Position numbers and translations under genes: made by a program. Positions 1-12,234 of a stretch of DNA of 64,000 bases are shown here, piece after piece. How positions within the stretch are numbered: the first letter of the stretch is position 1; each line of letters begins with the position of its first letter. A model generated the notes under the pieces. The model worked only from the letters and a program-made list of their open reading frames with translations. It was not told where the DNA came from and ran no database searches. This stretch comes from Mobula hypostoma (lineage: Eukaryota). The stretch is from NCBI RefSeq assembly GCF_963921235.1, contig NC_086108.1:35776001-35840000 (forward strand), written 5' to 3'.

Positions 1-589
1 GCGTGTGTTGGCAGTGCAGTGTGAAGGCTTAGAGCCGGTGCTTTTCATTAGTGCTAGTTATCTTGCACATTTGTTTCTTTACCTGGTCATGGTGACCAAA
101 TCTTATACAAATCCTCTATTACGGAGGATTATGTGCATCATATTAATAAACCAGATGTCATCATCCAGAAAAGCAATATATTCGTTTTGTTGTGACAACA
201 GATGGGGCTCCCTATCATCAGCTATAAGGAAACACATTGTCAGGGTTCCCCCAGTAACATGTGAAGGTTTGCATAGACTTGCCTTTGCTTACTATCTCCT
301 CCTTATTGACCCATGCCTAACCACTCCACAATCCATTGTTGCCCCTCATCCCATCCCACTACAATCTGACCTGACAATTTTTTGGACACTTCCATCTGAT
401 CCCGCAATCTGTTCCACCTCAGCGTCTGTGTGAACATCACAATATCTAGCACCCTCCCAATGGTGGAGCCCTCCTTGGAGATACTTTTGTCAACACCAGA
501 CACAGGTCCAAGACCTCCTGTTCTCCTGTTTTAATCTGCTATAGCATGCAATCAAGGAATTATTTGTAATATCATCGCAGCCTAATTAT

Positions 590-780
590 TTACTTATTTG
601 CCACACAGAACAAGTCCAACGAGCCACACCTCTCAGAAAACCACCAATTTAAACCCAATCTGAGCATGGAACAATTTACAATGACTAATTAACGACTAAC
701 TGGTCTGTCTTAATTTTGTGGAAGGAAATAGGAGGACCCAGAGGAAACCCCCCTGCTCACAGGAAGTACACACAAACAGT
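590..780 (-). mobile_element. SINE fragment (V-SINE/HE1-like), degraded
   Basis: Reverse complement resembles the SINE core seen at 14600, 26530 and 43420 (ggaaac...acccagaggaaaccc...cacaggaag...caaac). Confidence 0.45.
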
Positions 781-781
781 C

Positions 782-3700
782 TGGCCTTGTGGCTCAGAAG
801 GGTTGGGAAAGGAAGAAGGCAGCAGTAATAATGTACTCTATAGTTAGGGGGGCCTGATGAGCGATTCTGTGGACGCAGGAAAGAAACACAGATAGTAGCT
901 TGCCTCCCAGGTGCCAGGGTCCGGGATGTTCTAATCGCGTCCGCAATATTCTGAAGTGGGAAGGTGAACAGCCAGAGTTCATGATACATATTGGTACCAA
1001 CGACATAGGTAGGAAAAGGGAGGAGGTCCTGAAAGCAGACTACAGGGAGTTAGGAAGGAAGATGAGAAGCCGGGCCTCAAAGGTAGTAATTTTAGGATTA
1101 CTGCATGTACCATGTGACAGTGAGTATAGGAACAGAGTGAGGTCAGGATTAATGGATGGCTGAGGGATTGGAGCAGGGGACAGGGATTCAGATTTCTGGG
1201 TCATTGGGACCTCTTTGGGGCAGGTGTGACCTGTACAAAAAGGATGGGTTGCTCTTGAATCCGAAGGGGACCAATATCCTAGCAGGGAGGTTTGCTAAGG
1301 CTATTGGGGAGAATTTAAACTAGAATTGCTGGGGAATGGGAACCAAACTGAAAAGATGGAGGAAAGGGCTGTTGGCTCACAAATAGAGAAAGCTTGGAGA
1401 CAGTGTGAGAGGGAGGATAGGCAGATGATAGAGAAGGCTGTGCTCAGACCGAAGGTTTGAGATGCATCTATTTTAACGCAAGGAGTGTGGAGAACAAAGC
1501 GGATGAGCTTAGAGCGTGGATCAGCACCTGGAGCTGTGATGTTGTGGCCATTACAGAGACTTGGATGGTGCAGGGGCAGGAATGGCTACTTCAAGTGCCA
1601 GGCTTTTGATGTTTCAGAAAGGACAGGGAGGGAGGCAAAAGAGGCAGGGCACTGTTGATCAGAGATAGTGTCACGGCTGCAGAAAAGTAGGAAGTCATGG
1701 AGGGGTTGTCTATGAAGTTTCTGCGGGTGGAATTTAGGAATAGGAAGGAGTCAATAACTCTACAGGGTGTTTTTTATAGACCACCCAATAGAAACAGGGA
1801 CATCGAGGAGCAGATAGGGAGACAGATTCTGGAAAGGAGTAATAATAACAGGGTTGCTGTGGTGGGAGATTTTAATTTCCCAAATATTGATTGGAATTTC
1901 CCTAGAGTGAGGGGTTTAGAAGGGGTGGAGTTTGTTAGGTGTGTTCAGGAAGGTTTCTTGAAGATGTAGATAAGCCTACAAGAGGAGAGGCTGTACCTGA
2001 TCTGATATTGGGAAATGAAACTGGTCAGGTGTCAGGTCTCTCAGTGGGAGAGCATTTTGGAGATAGTAATCACAATTCTATCTCTTTTACCATAGCATTG
2101 GAGAGGGATAGGAACAGACAAGTTAGGGAAACTTTTAGTTGGAGTAAGGGGAAATATGAGGCTATCAGGCAGGAATTTGGAAGCATAAATTGGAAACAGA
2201 TGTTCTCAGGGAAACATACGGAAGAGATGTGGCAAATGTTCAGGGGATAATTGTGTGGGGTTCTGCATAGATATGTTCCAACGAGACAGGGAAAGGATAG
2301 TGGGGTACAGGAACTGCAGTGTACAAAGGCTGTTATAAGTCTAGTCAAGAAGAAAAGAAGAGCTTACGAAAGGTTCAAAAAACTAGAGATCTAGAAGATT
2401 GTAAGGCAAGCAGGAAGGAACTTAAGAATGAAATTAGGAGAGCCAGAAGGGGTCATGAGAGGGCCTTGGTGGGCAGGATTAAGGAAAACCCCAAGGCATT
2501 CTACAAGTATGTGAAGAGCAAGAGGAGAAGACGTGAGAGAATAGGACCAATCAAATGTGACGGTGGAAAAGTGTATATGGAAACAGAGGAGATAGCTGAG
2601 GTACTCAAAGAGTTACAAAATACACGTGGACTAAGATGTTAACTGTCCTGTACTATCACCAGTGGGATCATCAGTTGATCTGCCACCTGTCTTCAGGAGT
2701 TTCAGCCCGCTTATGATCAAGACTCCCTCGAGGTGGTGGGCCAGCAGTGCTAAAGCACCACCTCCCACTGGTGAGCTTAAAAACTTGGCATCTGCCTCTG
2801 TCAGAGTTGTTGGTCACTTCCATCCAACAGATAGTCTGCTCTTCAGGTGTCTATGCAACTACTGAAGGGTTTGCAAGATATGTATACACTGTCTGACTAT
2901 CTGCCCCTCTGGACATACTTGGTCCACACCCATGCTGATCCTTTCTCTGCTGCCTCAGCTACAGCCCTGCTGGTTGACTTGATCTCTCTTCTAGTGAAGC
3001 CAAGGTCATGCAGCCACTTCTGGAGAGTGAATACAATAAACCCACGGCAGCCTGCTTCGAATGGATAGCATGAGACCTTCCACCCTCTTGTCTCTGCACT
3101 CTGATCTTAACTCTGCATACTTGGTTAACTTGCGCTCATGGGCTTCATCGATGTTGTCTTCCCAGGAGACTGTAAGTTCACCAATAACCACTTCTCTACT
3201 GGTGTCAGACCATACGATTATATCTGGACGCAATGTGGTGAAAGCTATTTGCTCCGGGAAACTGCCTTTCCCGTCCAGGTCAGCCTTGACACACCAATCA
3301 TTGGCTGAAGAAAGTATGCTTGATCGTGAGCCTGCGCTGTACACCCTTGACTTGGAGCCTTCTTTCACAAATGATATGCGATGTTCTGTGCAACATGGGG
3401 CATGAGATAAGTCGTGCTGCAGTACTCTCTGCTCAGCCGCTTCTGTTACAACTTTGAGAACGTTGTTATGTCTCCAAGTGTACATGCCGCTGGAAAGATT
3501 GACTCTGCATGCACTCAAAATATGTTGAAGTGTTCCCTTCTCGCCCCAAGCAGCACACCTGTCTGTCTTATCTTCATACCAGGTGCTGAGGTTGGCAGGT
3601 GTTGGGAGCAGATCGTACGCTGCTCTGCATAGAAAAGAAATGATTTACAGTGGATTGAAAAGCTTGAGCATATAGACATTGAGAAAGAAGATGTCTTGGA

Positions 3701-5288
3701 GCTTTTGGAAAGCATCAAGTTGTATAAATCTCTGGGATTGGACGAGATGTACCCAAGGCTACTGTGGGACGCAAGGGAGGAGATTGCTGAGCCTCTGGCA
3801 ATGATCTTTGCATCTTCAATGGGGACGGGAGAGGTTCTGGAGGATTGGAGGGTTGCAGATGTTGTTCCATTATTCAAGAAAGTGAGTAGAAATAGCCCAG
3901 GAAATTATAGACCAGTGAGTCTTACTTCAGTGGTTGGTAAGTTGATGGAAAAGATCCTGAGAGGCATGATTTATGAACATTTGGAGAGGCATAATATGAT
4001 TAGGAATAGTCAGCATGGTTGTGTCAAAGGCAGGTCGTGCCTTACGAGCCTGATTGAATTTTTTGAGGATGTGACTAAACATGTTGTTGAAGGTAGAACA
4101 GTAGATGTAGTGTATATGGATTTCAGCAAGGCATTCGATAAGCTACCACATGCAAGGCTTATTGAGAAAATAAGGAGGCATGGGATCAAAGGGGACCTTG
4201 CTTTGTGGATCCAGAATTGGCTTGCCCACAGAATGCAAAGTGTGGTTGTAGACAGGTCATATTCTGCATGGAGGTCGGTGACCAGTGGTGTGCCTCAGGG
4301 ATCTGTTCTGGGACTCCTTCTCTTTCTGATTTTTATAAATGACCTGGATGAGGAAGTGGTGGGATGGGTTAGTAAATTTGCTGATGACACAAAGGTTGGG
4401 GGTGTTGTGGACAGTGTGGAGGGCTGTCAGAGGTTACAGTGGGACAATGATAGGATGCAAAACTGGGCTGAGAAGTGGCAGATGGAGTTCAACCAAGATA
4501 AGTGTGAGGTGGTTCATTTTGGTAGGTCAAAAATAATGGCAGAATATAGTATTAATGGTAAGACTCTTGCAGTGTGGAGGATCAGAGGGATCTTGGGGTC
4601 CGAGTCCATAGGACACTCAAAGCTGCTGCGCAGGTTGACTCTGTGATTAAGAAGGCATATGGTGCACTGGCCTTCATCAACCATGAGATTGAGTTCAAGA
4701 ACCGAGAGGCAATGTTACAGCTATATAGGACCCTGGTCAGACCCCACTTGGTGTACTGTGCTCATTTCTGGTCACCTCACTACAGGAATGATGTGGAAAT
4801 TATAGAAAGGATGCAGAGGAGATTTACAAGGATGTTGCCTGGATTGAGGAGCAGGCCTTATGAGAATAGGTTGAGTGAACTCGGCCTTCTCTCCTTGGAG
4901 CAGCCAAGGATGAGAGGTGACCTGATAGACATGTATAAGATGATAAGAGGCATTGATCATATGGATAGTCAGAGGCTTTATCCCAGGGCTGAAATGGCTA
5001 ACACGAGAGGGAACAGTTTTAAGGTGCCTGGAAGTAGGTACAGAGGAGATGTCGAGGTAAGTTTTACTCAAAGAGTGGTGAATACGTGGAATGGGCTGCT
5101 GGCGATGGTGGTGGAGGTGGATATGATAGGGTATTTTAAGAGACTCCTAGATAGGTACATGGAGCTTGGAAAAATAGAGGGCTATGGGTAACCCTAGGTA
5201 ATTTCTAAAGTAAGTACATGTTCGGCACAGCATTGTGGGCCGAAGGGCTTGTATTGTGCTGTAGGTTTTCTATGTTTCTATGTTTCTA
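782..5288 (+). mobile_element. CR1 LINE, near full length: 3' part of esterase ORF1 plus APE-RT ORF2, degraded, interrupted at about 2607-3632
   Basis: ORF1 SGNH-esterase-like CLPGARVRDV and HIGTNDIG; APE motifs YRPPN, VGDFNFPNIDW, GDSNHNS; RT motifs [26 protein letters not shown]; (CTATGTTT)n 3' tail at 5268-5288; frameshifts and stops. Confidence 0.93.
2608..3632 (-). mobile_element. 5'-truncated RLE-type non-LTR retrotransposon (HERO-like) nested in CR1
   Basis: Minus frame LCRAAYDLLPTPANLSTW...CAAWGEKGTLQHILSAC...YTWRHNNVL...LRPDIIVW...VIGELTVSWEDNIDEAHERKLTKY: CCHC knuckle, RHN and PD..E..K restriction-like endonuclease. Confidence 0.85.
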
Positions 5289-6119
5289 CCTCCCAGAGGA
5301 CACCAGAATTGAACTCCAAGGTCCAACACCTTGAGCTGCAATGGTATCACACTAACGGCTACACTACCATTGGCACCCTACTGTGTTTGGTACAGCAGAT
5401 CTCTCAGTGCTTGCTGATCTCTTGTCTGCTAAGCCTCCCTCCATTCTACTCGCCCTTTGACTCAAAGCTGCCCATCGACATTATGGGCTTCTCCAAGGAA
5501 ATGGCTGCCTCTCCAGTATTTGATGAATGCTCTCGGGGCATAATCCCTTACAGATGAGTCCGTCCTCCAACCACAGAGGAATACGATCTGGATATTACGT
5601 CACCAGTGCTACAATGTGGCACAGTAATATTTATTGAGCCATTATTTTCCGATGGATAGCAAGAAATGGAATCAGTTGTCCAGGAAGATTGAGGGTATGT
5701 TTTCCTAGTCATCTGATTTCAATCAGTGAGACAGTGAGGGTGATATAGTTGACCTTACCAACCTGAAACTGGGCTGTGTAAACAGTTATTTATCGACACA
5801 TAAACAATACTGGGATGTGCCCATGACTGACTCAGATCGCTTCCTGCAGCTCTGTAATACAGGATGCTGTGCTCTGTTCCCTGCGAATCAGACCACAGTA
5901 GACATCACTCTCCATGAAAGAGAACCAGTGGTCCTCCTGAAACTTGCTTGAACTCCCATCTGAAGGACAATGGCATGACTTAAGTTTTGTCAAGGCAGGG
6001 TGCAGCCTAGGTCAAAGCACACACTTGTTTTACATCCCACATTGTTTTTCTCCTCTATTTCCTCACAGTTTTAAACCAACCAGTACATTCTCATTAAAAA
6101 AAACAATATATATGAGAAA

Positions 6120-6761
6120 CACATATCAAAGTTGCTGGTGAATGCAGCAGGCCAGGCAGCATCTTTAGGAAGAGGTACAGTCGACGTTTCAGGCCGAGAC
6201 AGGCCAAGAGCTGGACAGGTGATTGGCAAAAGGGATATGAGAGGATCATGGGACAGGAGGCCCAGGGAGAAAGAAAAGGGGGAGGGGGGGAAAAACCCAG
6301 AGGATGGGCAAGGGGTATAGTCACAGGGACAGAGGATGAAAAAGGAGAGAGAGAGAAAGAATGTGTGCATATAAATAAATAATGGATGGGGTACGAGAGG
6401 GAGGTGGGCCATTAGCGGAAGTTTTGGGCCTCCTGTCCCATGATCCCCTCATATCCCTTTTGCCTGGACCTCCCGTCCCATGATCTTCTCATATCCCTTT
6501 TGCCAATCACCTGTCCAGCTCCTGGCTCCATCCCTCCCCCTCCTGTCTTCTCCTATCATTTTGGATCTCCCCCTCCCCCTCCCACTTTCAAATCTCTTAC
6601 TAACTCTTCCTTCAGTTAGTCCTGACGAAGGGTCTCGGCCTGAAACGTCGACTGTACCTCTTCCTAGAGATGCTGCCTGGCCTGCTGCATTCACCAGCAA
6701 CTTTGATGTGTGTTGCTTGAATTTCCAGCATCTGCAGAACTCCTTGTGTTTGCGTTTTTAA
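6120..6761. mobile_element. Penelope-derived non-coding element made of two inverted pseudo-LTR segments, with a 15-bp TSD
   Basis: 6120-6423 matches the Penelope terminus at 62648-63060, internally deleted; 6424-6757 is the same terminus inverted; flanks are aatatatatgagaaa (6105-6119) and aatatctatgagaaa (6762-6776). Confidence 0.85.
6618..6653 (+). ncRNA. Minimal type I hammerhead ribozyme motif (Penelope-type)
   Basis: agtc-CTGACGA-a-GGGT-ctcg-GCCT-GAAA-cGTC-gact: conserved core boxes, helix II, palindromic ACGT helix III, helix I agtc/gact; predicted cut after 6649. Confidence 0.75.
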
Positions 6762-6842
6762 AATATCTATGAGAAAATAAGTTGTACACGCCAGCCCTTT
6801 ACTTTTCCTGCCCACCTGGCTTCACTTATCACATTCCAGCTA

Positions 6843-7215
6843 TCAGAATCAGAATCAGTTTTAATATCACAGGCATATGTTGTGAAATTTTTTAACTTAG
6901 CAGCAGCAGTACAATGCAATACATGATAATATAGAAAAAATAAGTTAATCAATTACAATAAGTACATATATATATATATAACAGTTAAATTAAAAATAGT
7001 GTAAAAACAGAAATAATTTGAGCAAGTGAGGAAGTGTTCATGGGTTCAATGTCCATTTAGGAATCAGAGGGTAGAGGGGAAGAAGCTGTTCCTGAATCAC
7101 TGAGTGTGTGCCTTCAGGCTTCTGTACCTCCTTCCTGGCGGTAACAATGAAAAGACGGCATGTCCTGGGTGATTGGGGCCTTTAATAATGGACGCTGCCA
7201 TTCTGAGGCACCGTT
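6843..7215 (-). mobile_element. Rex1/Babar-like LINE 3' fragment
   Basis: (GAATCA)n tail and a 3' end matching the copy at 32480-32880. Confidence 0.75.
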
Positions 7216-7366
7216 CCTCTGTCCTGCTTTCCCTCTCCCCAATTTTTTATTCGGGTCTCTTCCCCCTTCCTTTCCAGTCCTGCTGAAGGGCGTCAGCTTG
7301 AAACATTGACTGCTCATTTCGATGGATGCTGCCTGACTTGCTGAGCTCCGCCAGCATTTTGTGTGA
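7216..7366 (+). mobile_element. Degenerate Penelope terminus with a mutated hammerhead core
   Basis: cagtcCTGCTGAagggcgtcagcttGAAAcattgactg...gatgctgcctgacttgctgag. Confidence 0.55.
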
Positions 7367-9586
7367 GTCGTACTTCATGTTTTGAAATATGAGATGTAAT
7401 ACATGTGAACTGCAATGTGTTAGTTGGAACCACGTATCTCCGTATTCTATCTTTGTACCTACAGTGGGTATGTATAACTTTCTCTTGTTGAAAAGTAATG
7501 TTTTTACATTTCTTAAAAAGTCCATGCTTCTACACCAGGGCAGTTAAAAACCTACTTGTCATGGGCATTGCAATTATCAGAGTGTAAATGCCACTGGATG
7601 TATGTTTGAGAAGGGCTCTGTGCACAGCAGGATAAGACTAAGGAGGGGGATCATCAGGTGATGTCAAGTACCAAGTGGCAAAAATTTTTATCTGCCTCCC
7701 TTAAGAAGCAGACATGAATCTAAATTTCAAAACTGAGATAGATCTTTCAGCAAAAAACAACTTGCTGGAGGAATTCAGCAGATCAAGCAGCATCTGCGGG
7801 AGATGAAGATTTGTCAACATTTCTGGTCAAAATCCTGGATCAGTGTCCTAAAAATGCCACTGTTCCAGCAGGCTCTTTGTTGTCCAGATTCCGGCATCTA
7901 CAGTCTCTTACGCCTCCTCTAGGAACATCCTTGTTGGCCTACTGGTATTAAATGGTTTGTAATCAATGTCAGCAGGCTCAAATCTGCCCTAATCTAATTG
8001 AATGGAACAGGCAGAAAGAATGAATGTGGTAAATGTGGTAGGTGTATAAAAGGCAGGGCCGAAGGGGAGAAGCCCATTCTAGTAATGCTTCTTCTATACG
8101 GGTACCAAATAATGGAAAGTATGAATGTCCTCAGACTCTCCCTCGGTTTAATCCCCTGGTGATCTCAGGGAGCTGAGTGAATCAGTAACCTCATGAAGTC
8201 ACAGCCAGCCAAAAACTAAAGCTCTCCCCCAAGCTTCATTGCTAGATTATTCATCTTGTGTAAAGCCCGTAAACAAAATTTCCCTTTCATACTTCAAAGC
8301 CAGATGAAGTACTTTACCGGGGCCTGTACTACCCTGAAACTCTCCAAGACCCCACCCTCATAACTTAGCTCATGGGCTTTTTATTTAGTTATTTCCCCTG
8401 CTGCCTAAGCACCAGTTTCACTTCCCTTTCTGTTCACATGACAAAAGGTTTACCTCAGCAACAGACATCACATATTGATACTAAAAGCTCCTGTTTTAAT
8501 ATTAGCTGCACATCATGTGTTCTGAATGAAAGCTTATCACAAAAATAACCTTGGAATATTGAAAGTCCCACGCAGTTTATTGTGTTTTGGGTAGGGGAAG
8601 GAGGGATGAACTATGACTTGACTGTACAAGAACCTCAATGTAAGAAGTTATTCAGCAACAAAAAAAACCTTCATTTAAAAACAGAAATCGATCACTATAT
8701 TATCACATGATTCTTTCCTTATCTTAAGATCTCAGCATTTTCAGATTCAATGTAAGCTTTGGAATGTTTAGGCAATGATCCATTTCCCAGGTTTTCTGTT
8801 ATTTCCCTGCAATGGTGAGATAGAGTGTAACTGACATTGGCCATTCCTGTTTGACATGGCAGATTCTAGTTCAGAATAGAGGGTCCTTACCATCAACTGG
8901 CCTTAGTCCTTGGGCACAGCATTGCTGAATTATACCCTACAGTGGAGAAGGGACAATTACTGAGGCAAATCCAACCTCAGTACTCCAGCTGGAGAAAACA
9001 TTCTAGCCATGAAACTGTTGCTCTATAGCAAATACTAAATGCTAAATGCAATTAACTATTTTATGATGTTTGAGCCCCAAGAAATGGCTCCCAGCAAACG
9101 GCTAGCAAATTTACCAGCTAAAATATTCATTACTGAAATCTATTTGGATAGTTTTTAAAAGTCTCTGACTAGCAGATAAATGGAAAGGCTTCTATGTCTG
9201 AAAGAGGAGCAACTAAACCAAACCCAGCACCACCCTAGCCCTGGCATCTAAATAATTGGCCCTCTCTTCGAATGTTAAATTTTGGGTGTTTCATGCCCAT
9301 ATTAAACAACCTTCCAAAATAGTTAGATGGCTTCTTAGTTGCTTGAGGTTTGAAAACCCTACCTTAAACGTTTGAGGCAACAACCTCCAGAAATCTGAAA
9401 AAAAACAGAAAATGTGGAAAGTACTCAGTAAGTCAGGCAGCATCTGCAGGGAGAGAAGTAAAATCAATGTTTCAGATCAACCATCTTCCATCAGAACCCA
9501 TAAATGAAGGTGAAAGGAAATGGGGGAAAGGGTGGAGAGACAAAGAGATGTCATAATAATGCTGTCAAGGTAATAATTCTGTCTTA

Positions 9587-10240
9587 AGATGGCTTCTGAT
9601 TTAAGATGGCACTGCTGAAGTTCGATGACTACTTGCTGGTGGCCAGTGAAACAAAGAAATCAACTAGATACTTTGCTGTTCACACTTCTCCTGGTAAACA
9701 ATCGCTGCAAACAGAGGCCTGTAGCTTCCCTATCAGAGATGAGTGGAATCGCCAGTACGATCTGGCACTTTTACGATATAGGCTGAGATTTCAGAGAGGT
9801 ACGACAGTAGCAGCAAGCCCAGGCCAGAGTTGCTGGAGTGGACTTGGAGGCAATTCGATGCATCGAAGCTGAGGCGAAGTCAATGAAAGATCAGAGGTTT
9901 GGTCGATTCAAGAGCCGAGCCTAATTGAAAAGTTGGGTACTGTCTGAATTAAAGTGGCAGAGCGTGAGCCCCAGGGCATATCGAAGTGGAAGAGGCCTGC
10001 AGCTAGGGAACTTCAGAACAAAAACTTCACTACCGAAAGCTGTTTGCTTGCTTTTATTGTTTGCATGATCTCTCTCTCTCCCCCTCCCCCCTCCGCCACA
10101 TTGAATGTTTGATGGTCTTTGTTTTTAATGGGATCTATTGGGTTTCTTTGTTTCGTGGCTGCCTGTAAGGAGAAAAATCTCAAGGTTGTTTAAAGCACAC
10201 ATACTTTAATAATAAATATACTTTGAACTTTGAACTTTGA
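9587..10240 (+). mobile_element. Non-autonomous retroelement with Rex1/Babar-like 3' tail
   Basis: Begins aagatggc; ends aataaatata-(ctttgaa)3. The 3' end matches the reverse of the ends at 16254 and 34260. Confidence 0.45.
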
Positions 10241-10919
10241 ATTACTTCAAAACTTGTCAGTCAGAGACAGAAGGGAATAAAATCAAATTAAAACAAGAAA
10301 GCACAGCCGTATCCATGGAGAGAAAATAAAAGTTTTGTGACCAAATTGATAAATTCAAAGTATTGAGTTCCAAAGACTACAGCATTTCCAAGATGAAAGA
10401 TGAGGTGATTTTACTTGGGCTTATATTGGACAGTGTTAGCAGGATGAAGGCACAGAGGTCAAAGACCGGGATGGAGAATGAAGCTGCTAAGCAACTCAGA
10501 GTCACCTCTGAAAACTGAACAGAAGTATTTTCCAATTAGGTTACCAGCCTTGTTCGATCTCTTCAACGTAGAGGAGACCATAGTCTCATGAGAAGGAGAG
10601 GGAGTGCTCGTGGAGGTGCAAGAACCACCAGGGTGTAGTGGAGGCAAATGACCTAATTGAAATTCCAGAAGGAAAAAGGGAGGGGAATCTTGGTAGAATT
10701 ACAGAGGATAACCTGTTGAAGGTAGAAGCTGTTAAATTAAAAAGGGGAATTCCATCAACCTGGGAGGGAGTGCAGGAAGTAGAAGATTCCAGTTTAACAG
10801 CCCTGACAACTCTGGAAGGGGGAAACCAGCAAAAGAGATAAATAGAATTTGCCTTTAACAAACTAGCACAAAAAGCCTATTAAAATGTCAGAGACATCAG
10901 ATGTATTCCTGATGATGAC

Positions 10920-11560
10920 ACATTTTCATTGTTGGTATAACCAGTTCCCTCCTTCGTCTTTTCCATGTAGACACAGGAGGTGCAATGCCCTTCCTTCCCT
11001 TCGCCCAGAATCCAAACAGCTCTTCCAGGTGAAGCAGAGATTCACTTATGCTTTGTCCAAATGAGTACATTACATTAGATATTGAAGATGTGGTCTCCTC
11101 TACATTAGAGAAACCAAATGCAGTTGTAAGACCACTTCGCAGAACATCTAAGAGCACGTTACTTGCCAATTTTTTTCTTCAGCCAGTTTCTGATTGCTCT
11201 CTGTCTTTACTGTTTCAAAACATTCTTAACATTGGCTTGAGGAAAATCATCCATCTGAGTAGGTTGCAGTCCTTGGATGTAATTTAACATCCTTTTTCAT
11301 TCTCTCATCAGAGGTGGTTGCACTTTCCTGTTTCAGATTGATTCTTTTTTTAAAATTTTTATATCAATCTGCCTAACTGTCACTTAGGCAACTTTGGTCT
11401 CCATCCTTTGGTCTTTTATCTCCACAAACACCCCTTTGGTTCTCTCCATCCTTCTCCTCTCTGCAACGTCAAATACGTTTGTTGTTTCAGTTATCCTGTT
11501 CTGATTATTTTTCCCTCTCCCCATGGTTGCTGTTTGACTTGTAGAGTCTTTGCAACATAC
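10920..11560 (+). mobile_element. Highly degraded Penelope (GIY-YIG region and terminus)
   Basis: ccaaacagctcttccaggtgaagcagagattcac resembles the QGPKQSFQVRRHF-coding DNA of the other Penelope copies. Confidence 0.5.
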
Positions 11561-11810
11561 TCTATCCTGGATAACTGACCCTCCCTTGCAATGGATTAAA
11601 TTTCCAAAACTGCAGGTGAAAAATGCCTTCAGAGAAGCTAGTTTGATTTGTGGTCAACAAGCTGTCCAAGAGGATGAGCTGCCACAGGGGGAATGAGTCT
11701 CTTGTTTTTGCTGGAAAAATCAAGATTTGCTGCACCCCTCATACTCATGGTGAGCTGCTCAGAGTTAAGGAACTTCCAATCCATAACAGTCAGCGGAATA
11801 TGGGATTTAC

Positions 11811-12234
11811 TGTTGCCAGGTTCGAATATGGCCCAAGTGTGGAATGAGAGACACTGAAGCAGGTCACTACATCACAGACTTTAATGCGAACATTGTTAGA
11901 AGGAAAAAGAAAACAATAAATGCTAGGCCAAACAGGGTTGTTGACTAAAACACTCAAATGGAAAACAAAGCCTACACTGCGGCTGAAAAGAACAACTAAG
12001 AATAAAATGAATTCCGCTAGTCTTCAGAGTCAGTTGACTCCACAGTCCAATTTCTCAGGCAAAGCGGAATGCAGGTAACGAAGTGTAGCTATGTCCATTT
12101 CCAAGTCTCGACCAATACTATGATGGAATGAATGGAGTTAATACTATCACAATTAAGTAATAATTAGCTGACATGTGCATATTCACGAGCACAATTTCCG
12201 AATCTGTTGTGCCGCTGAATCCGTGGTTGTGACA
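11811..12234 (-). mobile_element. Solo LTR (424 bp)
   Basis: TGT...ACA termini (tgttgcca/tgtgaca) flanked by tttac/cttac (5-bp TSD, 1 mismatch); ATTAAA on the minus strand near 11880. Confidence 0.55.

Noticed and set aside
1..560. ORF 5..433 (142 aa) and ORF 303..503
   Set aside because: No recognisable domain or splice structure; probably an ancient decayed retroelement that I cannot classify.
6132..6815. Recurring small ORFs MLVNAAGQAASLGRGTVDVSG (also at 29095 and 62663)
   Set aside because: They are antisense readings of the Penelope terminal repeat that start at GTG/TTG-type codons; they recur because the repeat recurs.
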